DNA from: a virus | Lineage: Duplodnaviria > Caudoviricetes | DNA: 47,403 nucleotides | Virus record (IMG/VR): IMGVR_UViG_3300012942_000065 | Coordinates: 1 to 47,403 of that record | Strand: one strand, 5' to 3' | Part shown: positions 17,169-26,296 of the stretch, in pieces | How positions within the stretch are numbered: the stretch's first letter is position 1 | Layout of the letters: each line of letters begins with the position of its first letter | Program-made: the position numbers and the translations under genes | Notes under the pieces: model-generated | What the model saw: only the letters and a program-made list of their open reading frames with translations | Told to the model about the DNA's origin: nothing | Database searches by the model: none

Positions 17169-17323
17169 GGCATTTCTTTCTCTTTGTTGATGAACACGCG
17201 CATGCCGGCGCTGCGATACATTTGCCGCCATTTCTCTTGTTCGCGGCTTGCTTCGGCGTCGGTAAGGAACTTGTTGTAAAAATGGGCTGTCCCATCTGCG
17301 GTGCGAACGACAACGTAAATCAT
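17117..17323 (-). CDS. Hypothetical protein
   Basis: GAGGG RBS upstream. Confidence 0.55.
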   Translation of the reverse strand: MIYVVVRTADGTAHFYNKFLTDAEASREQEKWRQMYRSAGMRVFINKEKEMPCHKLPSSHIKGHRHHT

Positions 17324-17343
17324 GATGCGGTTCCCTCATGTTG

Positions 17344-17826
17344 TCAACGCTCTTGGCGTGTGAATGTGTAGCCTTTCACGCTTTTGAAGCCGGGCTTGCG
17401 GTTGATATGGTTGGACAGATTTGACGGCGAGGATTTGATTGCATCGGCCGCTTCGACAATGGTTTTCCATTCCTGCCCGGTTTGATCGCAAACAATTCTT
17501 GAACGTGTCGGGCGACCGCGCATGTTGCACGGTGGCGGATTTTGCATGACGAATGCGCGTCGAGCGTTGATGCAATCAACTTCTGTCGCGGCAACATATT
17601 TGATCTTGATCATCATGAGAGACGCCGGGTTGTCGCGAAACATTTCACGCCAAGCCGTGTTGGCTTGCGCGTCTGGAAAGCTGAAAACTTCGGTGAGCCG
17701 GCAAACCCCCATATATGCCGGATTGAGCGCGTCCGCCTTGCTGTAGCATTCATATACGCACCATTTGGTTAAGAAAGTGTTAACGGGTGCGAAAACGGCC
17801 ATTTCTTTCAGGTTGTCGGTGTCCAT
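17344..17826 (-). CDS. GIY-YIG-like + NUMOD1 HTH protein, paralog A
   Basis: WCVY...YMG; PDA..N; IVCDQTGQEWKTIVEAA...LSNHINRKPGFKSVKGYTF. Confidence 0.7.
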   Translation of the reverse strand: MDTDNLKEMAVFAPVNTFLTKWCVYECYSKADALNPAYMGVCRLTEVFSFPDAQANTAWREMFRDNPASLMMIKIKYVAATEVDCINARRAFVMQNPPPCNMRGRPTRSRIVCDQTGQEWKTIVEAADAIKSSPSNLSNHINRKPGFKSVKGYTFTRQER

Positions 17827-17827
17827 G

Positions 17828-18334
17828 TCAGTCAACCTTCTCAAACGTGTTGCCGCGAACGTCGCGATAGCCGGGAACGCGGTTCAACTGATTGCTGATC
17901 ATTGCCGCCGACAACATGAGCGCGGATGCAGCGGCACGAATGGACGGATAAACGATCCCGCTCTCGACATGCTTGATTTGCTGTTGACGCTTGTCACGCT
18001 TCGCGAGTGTGACGCCTGCCGCGTTCAATCGCGGTTCGCCGAATACACGCCAGTGAAGAATGTCACGTTGCACATTGCGCGCCTCGATCTCGCTCGCATG
18101 ATTGCTGATGAATTGCAGCATCAAGTTAGGGCGTCCGTCGATCATGGGGAACAGGCTATTCCGGCGCGCGTCGGGCAGGCGTAGCACGTCTTGAAACGGG
18201 CAACAGCCGACATAGTAGACGGTCGGCGACATTGGAGCGTCTGCCGCCGTTCCAAGCGTGTAGACGCTCCATGTAAACGGGGCTTTGCGGGTGTCGATCA
18301 GCATTTTATTCACCTTTGCGGTATGGTCGATCAT
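17828..18334 (-). CDS. GIY-YIG-like + NUMOD1 HTH protein, paralog B
   Basis: WSVY...YVG; PDA..N; VESGIVYPSIRAAA...ISNQLNRVPGYRDVRGNTF. Confidence 0.7.
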   Translation of the reverse strand: MIDHTAKVNKMLIDTRKAPFTWSVYTLGTAADAPMSPTVYYVGCCPFQDVLRLPDARRNSLFPMIDGRPNLMLQFISNHASEIEARNVQRDILHWRVFGEPRLNAAGVTLAKRDKRQQQIKHVESGIVYPSIRAAASALMLSAAMISNQLNRVPGYRDVRGNTFEKVD

Positions 18335-18389
18335 TTGCCATACGCTATAGATTGACGGCTGTCAAATGGGGCTGATCGAGTTGGCGGTT

Positions 18390-18660
18390 ATGGGCAATTG
18401 GTTAATTATTTTCCACAATTGCTGATTGTTTTCCATAATTGCTGCAATTGGTCAATTATAAGGCGTTAAACGTTAATGGAAAATGCGCAATAGAACATAA
18501 GTTTTTACTAAGGGCTCATAACAAAATTCTAGATATTATTATTATAGTATGACTAATATGCTTAATTATAGATTATGTGCATATTAAGTATGACATTTTC
18601 TGAGTAGCTAGAAAAAACATATGAACTATCGCGTAAATGCACCACAAGCAATTGCACAAA
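18390..18660. other. AT-rich non-coding region, candidate replication origin
   Basis: Most AT-rich stretch of the window; direct repeats GCAATTGGTYAATTAT x2 and TTTTCCAYAATTGCTG x2. Confidence 0.5.
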
Positions 18661-18695
18661 AAAAGCCCCGCCGTCCTAATTGGAAAGCGGGGCTC
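18657..18695 (-). terminator. Intrinsic terminator
   Basis: AGCCCCGC...GCGGGGCT stem with A7 run (U-tract on minus strand). Confidence 0.7.
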
Positions 18696-18720
18696 GAATT
18701 GCTTTAATTGTGAAGATTGC

Positions 18721-18885
18721 TTATTCGTCGCTGTCGTCCGCATCTTCGACGATCACCGGGCGCGGCGTCGGCTCGCCTGTAACGAGCGTGTGATAGGTTC
18801 CGGCGCGGATATGCTCGACGATGCGGAAGCCGACCCGTGCCGACATCGCAACTTCGTCATAGTTCATTGGCGTGAAGTAGCTCAT
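18721..18885 (-). CDS. Small hypothetical protein
   Basis: AGGGG RBS before MSYFTPMNY. Confidence 0.6.
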   Translation of the reverse strand: MSYFTPMNYDEVAMSARVGFRIVEHIRAGTYHTLVTGEPTPRPVIVEDADDSDE

Positions 18886-18896
18886 TTGATTTCCCC

Positions 18897-19043
18897 TTAT
18901 CTGTTCAAGACAACGAAACAAGTTCTCACGGTGTAAGCGTTCTGGCAATCCTCCATCACGTCCGAACCGGACATTGCAAAATCGATGACTGGCACAACGA
19001 ACAGAATTCCGAGTGCCAGCGCGAACCAAAGAATAATCTTCAT
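18897..19043 (-). CDS. Small membrane protein (48 aa, not in track)
   Basis: MKIILWFALALGILFVVPVIDFAMSGSDVMEDCQNAYTVRTCFVVLNR; GGAG RBS; ATGA coupling. Confidence 0.6.
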   Translation of the reverse strand: MKIILWFALALGILFVVPVIDFAMSGSDVMEDCQNAYTVRTCFVVLNR

Positions 19044-19273
19044 GCGAACAACTCCATTTGCGCGCTCGGAACATAAACGCGGTTCGCGCGCACCGCGAGA
19101 TAAACAGCAATGGCGTTGCGGCGATCATTTTCGATTTCAGCCGCGTTAAACAAGCCGTGCGTTGCGCCGGTTGCATACTGTTCCGCATGCTTGCGCGAGC
19201 GATAACCGATCACGATATTGCCGTTGTGATCCGTTACGCCGTAACCGCCTTCGATCTTCACGACATCGAACAT
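19040..19273 (-). CDS. Cassette-borne hypothetical protein
   Basis: GGAG RBS directly after repeated promoter. Confidence 0.7.
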   Translation of the reverse strand: MFDVVKIEGGYGVTDHNGNIVIGYRSRKHAEQYATGATHGLFNAAEIENDRRNAIAVYLAVRANRVYVPSAQMELFA

Positions 19274-19282
19274 TTGCTTAAC

Positions 19283-19327
19283 TCCATTGCTGGCAACTGT
19301 TGTCGCACAATTCCCGGCATTCGTCAA
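19283..19327 (-). promoter_or_regulatory. Repeated promoter/leader element copy 3
   Basis: TTGACG-aatgccGGGAATTGT-GCGACAAC-AGTTGCCAGCAAT. Confidence 0.8.
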
Positions 19328-19569
19328 ACGCCAAAGACGCTTTTTGGCAATTTATTCGATGTTGTGAGTTTGCATGTTCCGTAAGCGTAAAACCATGAGC
19401 GCCCGGCATTGTCGCTATCAAGCGCCATTTGCTTGCCGCGCTCGACGTTAGCCAACGCGTCCGCATGCGTCGTGTATGGACCTAGCAGAAAGCCTTTGCG
19501 CTTGCCGTCGATCACAGACACATAAAAGCCGACCGCATCGCGAGGGAACAATGGCGCATTTCTGGACAT
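19324..19569 (-). CDS. Hypothetical protein
   Basis: GAGGGG RBS; FYVSVIDG..LLGPY..H..AL...WFYAYGT. Confidence 0.7.
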   Translation of the reverse strand: MSRNAPLFPRDAVGFYVSVIDGKRKGFLLGPYTTHADALANVERGKQMALDSDNAGRSWFYAYGTCKLTTSNKLPKSVFGV

Positions 19570-19593
19570 GGTATCCCCTCGCGAGCGTGACAG

Positions 19594-19821
19594 TTAGTCG
19601 AGCCGAACAGAATGCAGCCGATAGCGTGGCCGATCTTCGCCAGCATCTTCCTTGATGCTGATTTCGTCGGCTGCTTTCATTCCCTGCATGATCATACGCG
19701 CGTCATGGACGGCGAGCGCATGGTGATCTTCATTGCCGGTGAGCGTGACGTGACCCGGCAAAACGAATTCGTGATCGGTGTTGTTGCCGTGGTAATAGCG
19801 ATTGATTGTGCAGAAAGGCAT
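19594..19821 (-). CDS. Hypothetical protein
   Basis: GGGAG RBS. Confidence 0.7.
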   Translation of the reverse strand: MPFCTINRYYHGNNTDHEFVLPGHVTLTGNEDHHALAVHDARMIMQGMKAADEISIKEDAGEDRPRYRLHSVRLD

Positions 19822-19892
19822 TGCGGTTTCTCCCGTGTAAAGCGTCGTGATTGGCGCTTAATGCTGCCGCTCGGAAGCGACAGGCTTAAACG

Positions 19893-20129
19893 TCAATGGC
19901 GGTTAAACGGCCCGATTGTCGGGTTAAGCTCGCCATCGGGCAACACGCGGAAAATTTCGACGTAATCCGCATTGTGCGTGCCGATCCATGCGCCGGAAAG
20001 CTCAAGCGCATGATCGATGTCATCCGCGACAATCTCGCTTTCCCGTTCGCCCTTGCGAATGCGAACAACGAAGTTAACGCGATCATGCGAATTAGCGAGC
20101 GCGCGACGTTCCGAAGCGGTGGCGAACAT
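19893..20129 (-). CDS. Hypothetical protein
   Basis: AAGGG RBS; follows promoter copy 4. Confidence 0.65.
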   Translation of the reverse strand: MFATASERRALANSHDRVNFVVRIRKGERESEIVADDIDHALELSGAWIGTHNADYVEIFRVLPDGELNPTIGPFNRH

Positions 20130-20156
20130 AACAAACCCTTTCGAGGTTTTGACACT

Positions 20157-20219
20157 GGCGTGATTGCCGCGTCACTGATTGCATGCAACTGTCGTCGCAC
20201 AATTCCCGTCACGTTGCAA
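20157..20219 (-). promoter_or_regulatory. Repeated promoter/leader element copy 4 (degenerate, partial internal duplication)
   Basis: TTGCAA-cgtgacGGGAATTGT-GCGACGAC-AGTTGCATGCAATCA-gtgacgcg-GCAATCACGCC. Confidence 0.65.
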
Positions 20220-20387
20220 GCGGTTTATTTCCTGCAAATATTCCAAGATCGGAACAGCTTCATATTTGAGCGTATTGATTTTCAAAACAAGTTCCGGGTT
20301 GAACAATTCGCAAACCGCCTGTTTCGTCACCTTGTCGCGGATGACCCATGAAGCGATGCGACGAAGATCGCGAGAAAGGTGGTTCAT
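20172..20387 (-). CDS. Hypothetical protein
   Basis: Start/stop overlap with upstream gene; C-terminus reads into promoter copy 4. Confidence 0.55.
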   Translation of the reverse strand: MNHLSRDLRRIASWVIRDKVTKQAVCELFNPELVLKINTLKYEAVPILEYLQEINRLQRDGNCATTVACNQ

Positions 20388-20524
20388 TCGCTATCTTCCA
20401 CACGCCATTCAAACCCGCCCGCCGTCCATGCGCGAACAACTTGCCCGGTATGATCGCATTCGGTGTGAATAACGATTGTGTCATCGATCATACGCACTTC
20501 ACGTTCCCATTGTGCGAAAGTCAT
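20384..20524 (-). CDS. Cassette-borne small protein (46 aa)
   Basis: GGAG RBS and ATG belong to the repeated element. Confidence 0.6.
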   Translation of the reverse strand: MTFAQWEREVRMIDDTIVIHTECDHTGQVVRAWTAGGFEWRVEDSE

Positions 20525-20586
20525 AGCGGTTGCTCCATGGCGTGATTGCCTGCAATTGTTGTCGCATAATTCCCGGCAACCGTCAA
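20522..20586 (-). promoter_or_regulatory. Repeated promoter/leader element copy 5, including RBS and ATG
   Basis: 30 nt (20521-20550) identical to copy 7 (26518-26547). Confidence 0.85.
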
Positions 20587-20651
20587 CGCACAATTTGCAT
20601 TATTTTCCGACCTTGCCCGAAGCGAGCCGATCAGGCTATATATTAAGCGTT

Positions 20652-21284
20652 ATGAGTGAAATCGAAACGCCAGTATTTTACGCGACGGCTTACCGGCAAT
20701 TGCAGCCGGTCGAGCGTCATTTCGTCGATAGCTATGTTCGCAAGCTCGACAATGACGCCGCACGCGCCAATGAGCGCATAAGTCATGCATTGCATCGGCC
20801 GCCGACGATGGACGCTGTTCGCGCTTCGCAAGGCATGCTTGAGCGCCCCATGGTGCAGGCGGCCATCGTCGAGCGCATCAAGGAACTGGCGGAAAAGCAA
20901 GAGCTAACCGTCCGAAAGCTAGTGCGCGAGTATAGCAATCTCGCTTTCAGCAACATGAACGATTATGGCGATATTGGCGAGGATGGAAGCTTTACACTCA
21001 ATCTGACAAAAGCAACGCCGGAACAAATGGCTGCTGTTCAATCAATTGATATTGAGGAATACGAAGGCAAGGGCGGCACGTTTTCACGCAAGACCAAAAT
21101 TCGCCTGCATGCAAAACAGCCATCGCTTGACGCGTTGGCGAAATATACTGGCATGTTGGAAGCCGACAATCCGTATTACCGCGCCGAAACGGCAAAGCCT
21201 GTCAACGCGACTGCATTGCCGCACGACGCGAGCGCGGCAATGGCTGCGGATATCTATTCGAGCGTTGCTCATGGCAACGGCTGA
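20652..21284 (+). CDS. terS: Terminase small subunit
   Basis: ERHFVDSY, MLERPMVQAAI, LAFSNMNDY, KIRLHAKQPSLDALAKYTGM; upstream of terL. Confidence 0.8.
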   Translation: MSEIETPVFYATAYRQLQPVERHFVDSYVRKLDNDAARANERISHALHRPPTMDAVRASQGMLERPMVQAAIVERIKELAEKQELTVRKLVREYSNLAFSNMNDYGDIGEDGSFTLNLTKATPEQMAAVQSIDIEEYEGKGGTFSRKTKIRLHAKQPSLDALAKYTGMLEADNPYYRAETAKPVNATALPHDASAAMAADIYSSVAHGNG

Positions 21285-21285
21285 T

Positions 21286-21516
21286 TTAGTCGGCGTGTTC
21301 CTTGTCGAGCAACGCTTGCGCTTCCTCGCGCGTGATGTGTTTCGATTTGCGCCCGCGTTCATGATAATAGCGGAATTCGTCACGCGGCCCGGCATAACAC
21401 GTCACGCCAAGCCAACCGTTGCTGCGACGGCGCAACATGATATGGCACGCCTGATCAGCTTCCTTGCTGGCGAATTGCTCCATTTCAGCAATCGTCTTGT
21501 ATTTCGGCTTTCTCAT
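21286..21516 (-). CDS. Moron: small basic protein between terS and terL
   Basis: GGAG RBS, own promoter (copy 6). Confidence 0.7.
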   Translation of the reverse strand: MRKPKYKTIAEMEQFASKEADQACHIMLRRRSNGWLGVTCYAGPRDEFRYYHERGRKSKHITREEAQALLDKEHAD

Positions 21517-21540
21517 GTCGCTTTCTCCATTGACGATCTT

Positions 21541-21568
21541 GCTTTGCATAATTCCCGGATGATGTAAA
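21541..21568 (-). promoter_or_regulatory. Repeated promoter element copy 6 (core only)
   Basis: TTTACA-tcatccGGGAATTAT-GCAAAGC. Confidence 0.55.
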
Positions 21569-21569
21569 T

Positions 21570-23318
21570 ATGTTTTTCGATCATAATGCGGAATTGTTCA
21601 ACTGGCGCAACAATGCGCCATCAAACACGGTGTTGCAACCGTGGAAGCCTGTTCCGTTGCAACATGAGGAATGGCCGCCGAATTATGCGGCGGTCTATGC
21701 ATGGCGTATTGCGACGTTGCAAAAGCTGAAAGCACGTCCTGAATTGATCGTGCATTTCAGGCTGTTTTATTCGACGCATCCGACAGAATTTATTATGGAC
21801 TGGATGGACACTTACGACCCGCGCAAAACGGGCGATAAATGGGTGCCGTTCGTATTTTTCGCTCGACAAGCGCAATTTATCGACTTTCTACATGCGTTGC
21901 GCACCGATCAGGAGAGCGGGCTTGTCGAGAAATGCCGCGATGCTGGCGCAACATGGCTTGCATGCGCCTATAGCGTATGGTCTTGGCTGTTCATCGCAAA
22001 CGACGCTATCGGGTGGGGTTCACGCAAGGAAGATTTAGTTGATAAGCTTGGCGATCCAGATAGCATTTTTGAGAAAATCAGGCTGATCGTCCGTCGATTG
22101 CCCGACATCTTCATTCCGGCCGGGCTGATCGAGAAAAAGCATTTAACGTTTATGAAATGCATCAATCCCGCCAATAATTCGATTATTGCGGGCGAAGCTG
22201 GCGACAATATCGGACGTGGCGGGCGCAAATCGATCTATTTCAAAGATGAAAGCGCGCATTACGAACGACCCGAAAAGGTCGAAGCGGCGCTAGGCGATAA
22301 CACACGCGTTCAAGTCGATATATCGAGCGTTAACGGGCTCGGCAATGCTTTCTGGCGTCGTCGCAATGCTGGCGTGGTATGGGAAGGCGGCAAAACGTAT
22401 GAGCCCGGCTTTGTCCGGGTGTTCATTATTGATTGGCGTGATCATCCTGAAAAGACGCAAGCGTGGTACGATCAGCGCCGGGCAAAATACGAACGCGAAG
22501 GTTTGTTGCATATTTTCGCGCAAGAGGTAGACCGCGATTATTCGGCCGCAATCTCAAACACGATCATTAGCAAGGATTGGCTTGTTGCCTGTATCGATGC
22601 GCATTTGAAAATCCCATATCTGGCAAATATGCCAATACCGGATACATGGGGAGCGGGGCTTGACGTTGCAGACGGCGGCATAGATCGCAACAGTCTGAGC
22701 AAGCGGCAATGGATCATCTGGCGTTCGTGCGAACAATGGGGCGAACGTGACACGGGTGTGACGACACGTCGAGCGATTGCAAGCTGTCGCGATCATCGCG
22801 GCATTCAAATTCAATATGATTGCATCGGCGTCGGCGCTGGCGTCAAATCAGAATTCAATCGTCTTGTTGACGAAGAAATTATTCTGCCAACACAAATCCG
22901 GCTCATTCCGTGGAATGCCGGTGCCGGCCCGCTAAACCCGTTTGAACGCATAATTCCAAACGATGATGATAGCGCACTTAATAGAGATATGTATCAAAAC
23001 TTGAAGGCGCAAGCATGGTTTCACATGCGTTCAAGAGTTTATAAAACATGGCGTGTGATCCAATCCATGTTGAACGGCGGAAAACCGGAAGTCTATGAGC
23101 CGGATGAATTGATCAGTCTTGACAGTTCAATGCCGTTGCTGCATTCCTTGATTGATGAATTGGCGCAACCGACACACACGCAAAGCGGATCGATGAAAAC
23201 AACCGTCGAAAAGCGGCCGAACGGCATGAAGTCGCCTGACTTGGCAGACGGCGGCGTGATGATGTTTTACCCATTGCCGAACGACTATGGTGCGGTAACG
23301 ATTGGAACATTCCGATGA
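21570..23318 (+). CDS. terL: Terminase large subunit
   Basis: VEKCRDAGAT (Walker A variant), GRGGR, YFKDESA (Walker B), GLDVADGG and SPDLAD nuclease motifs. Confidence 0.92.
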   Translation: MFFDHNAELFNWRNNAPSNTVLQPWKPVPLQHEEWPPNYAAVYAWRIATLQKLKARPELIVHFRLFYSTHPTEFIMDWMDTYDPRKTGDKWVPFVFFARQAQFIDFLHALRTDQESGLVEKCRDAGATWLACAYSVWSWLFIANDAIGWGSRKEDLVDKLGDPDSIFEKIRLIVRRLPDIFIPAGLIEKKHLTFMKCINPANNSIIAGEAGDNIGRGGRKSIYFKDESAHYERPEKVEAALGDNTRVQVDISSVNGLGNAFWRRRNAGVVWEGGKTYEPGFVRVFIIDWRDHPEKTQAWYDQRRAKYEREGLLHIFAQEVDRDYSAAISNTIISKDWLVACIDAHLKIPYLANMPIPDTWGAGLDVADGGIDRNSLSKRQWIIWRSCEQWGERDTGVTTRRAIASCRDHRGIQIQYDCIGVGAGVKSEFNRLVDEEIILPTQIRLIPWNAGAGPLNPFERIIPNDDDSALNRDMYQNLKAQAWFHMRSRVYKTWRVIQSMLNGGKPEVYEPDELISLDSSMPLLHSLIDELAQPTHTQSGSMKTTVEKRPNGMKSPDLADGGVMMFYPLPNDYGAVTIGTFR

Positions 23319-23527
23319 GTGCGGCACAAGTCGAGGCGCTAAAATGGTTGGAAAAACGCGGCGGTGACGGCTGCTTTGATCAAAACGGCGTTGTTCTCGC
23401 AATGGGTGAGAGCGCGCCATTTACTCGCGCGACTTGGAACAAGCTTCGGGACGCCGGGAAAATTGAATTCTATGGCGGCAAACAACAAGGCGGCACCGGG
23501 CGCGGCCGATTGAGGATATGCAAATGA
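23315..23527 (+). CDS. Small hypothetical protein
   Basis: ATGA-coupled to terL and portal. Confidence 0.65.
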   Translation: MSAAQVEALKWLEKRGGDGCFDQNGVVLAMGESAPFTRATWNKLRDAGKIEFYGGKQQGGTGRGRLRICK

Positions 23528-25119
23528 TGAAGCGCTGTCTGCTCGCCTCGACCGCTATCGCCCTGTTGCCGTCCGCATATGACAACCGGGACGCGGTAGC
23601 GGCTACTGTCGGCGGCATTGGCGAACTGGTTGACGCCGACCCGTTGCTAAAGCGTGCGCCCGACAGCGCGGCGATGCTTGATTACTGGGATCAAGTTGAT
23701 TGCATCGTGGAGGGGCTGAAAGCCGTCCGCAATGCCGGTCAAGTGTATTTGCCGAAGTTCGTTGACGAAGAACAGGCGGATTATGATTTTCGTCTGTCAA
23801 TGACGAAGTTCACAAACGTTTACCGCGACACAATCGAAGGCTTGGCGAACAAGCCATTCGAGGAAGAAATAACACTGATTGAAGATGACAAGAAAGGCAA
23901 AGCGCCGGAAGAAATCATTGCGTTTTGCGAAGATGTTGACGGTTCCGGCAATAACCTGACAATGTTCGGGGCGCAAACATTCTTCAACGGTATCAACTCG
24001 GCAATTGATTGGATTTTCGTTGATTATCCGACCGTGGATCGTGAAAAAATCAAGACGCAACGGGACGCAAAGAACGCCGGCATTCGGCCGTTCTGGACGC
24101 ACGTTTTAGGTCGCAATGTGCTTGAAGCGCGCGTGAATATGATCGAGGGAAACGAAACGCTCGTTTATGTTCGCATTTTTGAGCCGGGTGATCCTGATCA
24201 TGTTCGCGTCTTTGAGCGCGTCAACGGCGTCGTGACGTGGAAATTGTATCGGAAAGTCACGCAACCGAAGCAAGGAAGCAAATCGCAGTTTGAATTGATT
24301 GCCGGAGGCGTCGTTTCGATTGGCGTTATTCCGCTTGTTCCGTTTTACACCGGGCGTCGAGACGGTCGCACATTCAAATTCTTCCCGATGATGCGCGATG
24401 CGGCGGATTTGCAGATTGAGCTTTATCAGCAAGAAAGCGGGCTGAAATACGCCAAGACGTTGACAGCCTATGCCATGCTCGCAGCAAACGGCATTTCGCC
24501 GCCGATGGAAGCTGACGGCAAGACGCCGAAGAAATTGCGCGCCGGGCCGGGACGCATTCTTTACAGCAAGCCCGATGGCAACGGCAATATCGGTTCATGG
24601 GCGTTCATTGAACCGTCCGCAACGTCGCTCAAATTCCTTGCCGACGATATCAAGGAAACCATTCTTCAATTGCGTGAGCTTGGACGCCAACCGCTCACGG
24701 CGCAGTCTGGCAACCTGACAACCATAACGACAATGGTTGCCGCCAGTAAGGCGCGCTCGGCAATTGCGGCATGCGCGTTGAATTTGAAAAACACGCTTGA
24801 GAACGCGCTTGTTTTAACTGCAAAATGGCAAAACCTTTCGGGCGAATATGACCCGGAAGTGAACGTTTACACCGAATTCGACAGCTTCGACGACAACGGC
24901 AAAGACGTTGAACAGCTTGGCAAGGCGCGTGATCGCGGCGATCTTTCGCGCGAAACCTATCTTAGCGAGTTGAAGCGCCGCAAGGTGTTGTCGCCCGAAT
25001 TCGACTATGAACAAGAGGAAGAACGCTTACTTGAAGAAATTCCGGCTGATTTACAGCTTGAGGATATCAACCCGCAACCCGCAAACCCGCCAACTAACAG
25101 GACGACAGAAAATGCATAA
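23524..25119 (+). CDS. Portal protein (DUF4055-like) with N-terminal leader
   Basis: YLPKF..E....Y..RL, IPLVPFY, LQIELYQQES; position after terL; GAGGA RBS. Confidence 0.85.
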   Translation: MMKRCLLASTAIALLPSAYDNRDAVAATVGGIGELVDADPLLKRAPDSAAMLDYWDQVDCIVEGLKAVRNAGQVYLPKFVDEEQADYDFRLSMTKFTNVYRDTIEGLANKPFEEEITLIEDDKKGKAPEEIIAFCEDVDGSGNNLTMFGAQTFFNGINSAIDWIFVDYPTVDREKIKTQRDAKNAGIRPFWTHVLGRNVLEARVNMIEGNETLVYVRIFEPGDPDHVRVFERVNGVVTWKLYRKVTQPKQGSKSQFELIAGGVVSIGVIPLVPFYTGRRDGRTFKFFPMMRDAADLQIELYQQESGLKYAKTLTAYAMLAANGISPPMEADGKTPKKLRAGPGRILYSKPDGNGNIGSWAFIEPSATSLKFLADDIKETILQLRELGRQPLTAQSGNLTTITTMVAASKARSAIAACALNLKNTLENALVLTAKWQNLSGEYDPEVNVYTEFDSFDDNGKDVEQLGKARDRGDLSRETYLSELKRRKVLSPEFDYEQEEERLLEEIPADLQLEDINPQPANPPTNRTTENA

Positions 25120-25936
25120 GCTTGGAATTTTTGCACTCGCCAACCCGATTTCATTTCTCGCGACGATGGCTTTCGACAACAAGGCCGGCTGGAAGCTTGA
25201 TGCTGATGGCAAAATCGAAATGAAGGACGGCAACCCGGTGTTTATCAACGCCGAAGGCGCGGAAATGACCGTTGACAGCATGACAATTTCGCGCGTCAAC
25301 GGCGAAAACAAGACGCTTCGGGAACGCGCCGAAGCGGCCGAACGCACAGTGAAGGCGTTCGAGGGAATTGACCCGGCCGCTGCGAAAAAAGCAATCGAGA
25401 CTGTCGGCAAGATCGACGCTAAGACGTTGATTGACGCGGGCGAAGTTGACAAGGTGAAAGACGAAATCAGCAAAGGCTTCGCAGCGCAGCTTGCCGAAAA
25501 AGACAAGAAAATTGCCGATCAGGATACGCGCATCAACAGCATGACGATGAACGGCGCTTTTGCGAGTTCTAAGTTTGTGAGCGACCGCGTTGCCGTCCCG
25601 GCCGAAATGTTTCAGGCGACCTTTGCCGACCGCTTCAAGATCGAGGATGGCAAAATCGTCCCGTATGATCAGACCGGAAGCAAGGTCTACAGCAAGAAAC
25701 GTGTTGGCGAAGTTGCCGACTTCGATGAAGCGCTTGAAATTCTTGTGGATAATTACCCGCACAAGGACAGCATTTTGAAAGCCCCTGATGCTTCTGGCAC
25801 CGGCAACGGCGGCGGCGGCGGTGCGCGCGGCGGCGGGCGTTTCATGTCGCGCGCCGACTTCGACAAGCTCACGCCAGCACAGCAAGCGGAAAGCGCCGGA
25901 AAGATGCGCGCTGGAGAATTGACGATTAGTGATTAA
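25112..25936 (+). CDS. Capsid scaffolding protein (DUF6651-like) with N-terminal leader
   Basis: WKLDADGKIEMKDGNPVF, LIDAGEVDKVK, ADFDEALEILVDNYPHKDSILK, Gly-rich linker, SRADFDKL. Confidence 0.8.
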   Translation: MHKLGIFALANPISFLATMAFDNKAGWKLDADGKIEMKDGNPVFINAEGAEMTVDSMTISRVNGENKTLRERAEAAERTVKAFEGIDPAAAKKAIETVGKIDAKTLIDAGEVDKVKDEISKGFAAQLAEKDKKIADQDTRINSMTMNGAFASSKFVSDRVAVPAEMFQATFADRFKIEDGKIVPYDQTGSKVYSKKRVGEVADFDEALEILVDNYPHKDSILKAPDASGTGNGGGGGARGGGRFMSRADFDKLTPAQQAESAGKMRAGELTISD

Positions 25937-25986
25937 GAAATCTCTAGACGCGTTTGGTTCCTCCCTCGCGCGTTTAGATTGATCGC

Positions 25987-26023
25987 CTGCCCGGCAAGTG
26001 TTTGCGGTTCACTTGCCGGGCAG
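25987..26023. terminator. 14-bp stem hairpin between convergent genes
   Basis: CTGCCCGGCAAGTG-N9-CACTTGCCGGGCAG. Confidence 0.7.
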
Positions 26024-26030
26024 TTGCGCT

Positions 26031-26282
26031 TTACAACGTCACTTTAGCGCGTTTCGCCAATTCGTTGATGACAGGTTGCAACCATGCTTGGCGATAAACG
26101 CGTGTCGCCTCGCGAATGGTGTCTGCGTCTTGACCCTTCCCATCGGGAAAGCCGTTGCCAACATATCCGGCCGGCAAATAGCCTCCGAATGTTTCGAGAT
26201 TGGCGAGTGCTGACAATCGTTTGAATAGCTTCGCAGTCGTCCAATCTTCCGGGTGCGGACTGCTATCGTTCTTGCGTGCCAT
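26031..26282 (-). CDS. Moron hypothetical protein
   Basis: GAGGA RBS. Confidence 0.7.
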   Translation of the reverse strand: MARKNDSSPHPEDWTTAKLFKRLSALANLETFGGYLPAGYVGNGFPDGKGQDADTIREATRVYRQAWLQPVINELAKRAKVTL

Positions 26283-26296
26283 TGCAGTTGTTCCTC

